Assembly (NCBI GenBank): GCA_012026655.1
Contig: JAAILG010000060.1
Span: forward strand, 1-64,000
Source: Hydrolagus affinis
Taxonomy: Eukaryota
Direction of reading: 5' to 3'
Length of the DNA: 64,000 nucleotides
Part shown: in pieces, positions 63,485 through 64,000 of the stretch
Layout of the letters: every line of letters starts with the position of its first letter
Position numbering within the stretch: position 1 is the stretch's first letter
Program-made: the position numbers and the translations under genes
Notes under the pieces: model-generated
Database searches by the model: none
Told to the model about the DNA's origin: nothing
Seen by the model: only the letters and a program-made list of their open reading frames with translations

Positions 63485-63960
63485 CAACAACAACAACAAC
63501 AACAACTTTGATTTATATAGCGCCCTCCATGCCGTACGGCGTCTCAGAGCGCTTCACAATAGCGGATCCCGGGACCGAGCAGGGACAGGGGTAGAAAGGT
63601 GACCAAAGGCGCGGTCGAAGAGAAAGGTCTTCAACTGGGACCTGAAGCTGAGAAAAGAGGGGTCGAGATGAAGATAGTGAGGAAGGGAATTCCAGAGCCT
63701 CGGGGCATAATGGCTGAAGGCACGGCCGCCGAGGGTGGTCGCAGATAGCAAGAATGTCGTTTGTGACTTTCACAAGCGCAGTCTCTGGCAGGGTGGAAAC
63801 CGCTCTGGAGGGGTTCTCGCTCTGGGAGGAGAAGTGGGCGCAGAATTGGTTTGCAACAACGCGTTCCAGTGCTTTTGAAAGGAAGAGCAAACATCCAAAC
63901 CTATTGCTAGTTAGCAAAGCTCTATATGTGGCTGAACTCCTCCATCTCCATTGAGAGTGA
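63485..63960 (-). mobile_element. Young L2 with large internal deletion and (CAA)7 tail
   Basis: Minus strand: LLFLSKALERVVANQ...ETALVKVTNDILAICD is fused directly to TLGGRAFSHYAPRLWNSLP...FRSQLKTFLFDRAF; the 3' UTR is intact. Confidence 0.92.
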
Positions 63961-64000
63961 TTTGCAATGGCAAATCTGAATGTTGAATCCCATTCAGATC

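Noticed and set aside
1-64000. The many short ORFs in the supplied track as genes
   Set aside because: All are 175 aa or shorter and many start at non-ATG codons. Those with recognisable motifs are L2, CR1, SINE or Harbinger remnants; the rest show no family signal.
1-64000. CRISPR array, operon or prokaryotic defence system
   Set aside because: No regularly spaced repeats and no gene-dense coding; the DNA is vertebrate and repeat-rich.

Overview
Eukaryotic (vertebrate) genomic DNA, AT-rich, with no operons, no long intact ORFs and no CRISPR or rRNA. The repeat content points to a cartilaginous fish, possibly a holocephalan; this is inferred from recalled family resemblance, not from a database search. 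It comprises 5'-truncated L2-clade LINEs with (TTG)n tails, CR1 3' ends, Deu-domain SINEs, a younger tRNA(Ala)-headed SINE with an L2-type tail, LF-SINE-like fossils, hAT-type MITEs and a dead Harbinger transposase. Almost all ORFs in the supplied track are noise or TE remnants. The best gene-like signal is a possible signal-peptide exon at 37437-37530 (+; ATG at 37463, 68 coding nt, phase-2 donor), with a mildly CpG-rich candidate promoter near 32.6-32.8 kb; the gene identity is unresolved. I found no convincing novel biological system. The most interesting items are that exon and a possible Cys-rich partner exon, an unassigned ancient repeat pair, a long hairpin, a MITE carrying ZNF143/YY1 motifs, and several TE rearrangement junctions. 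Repeat boundaries are estimated by eye (about +/-20-50 bp).
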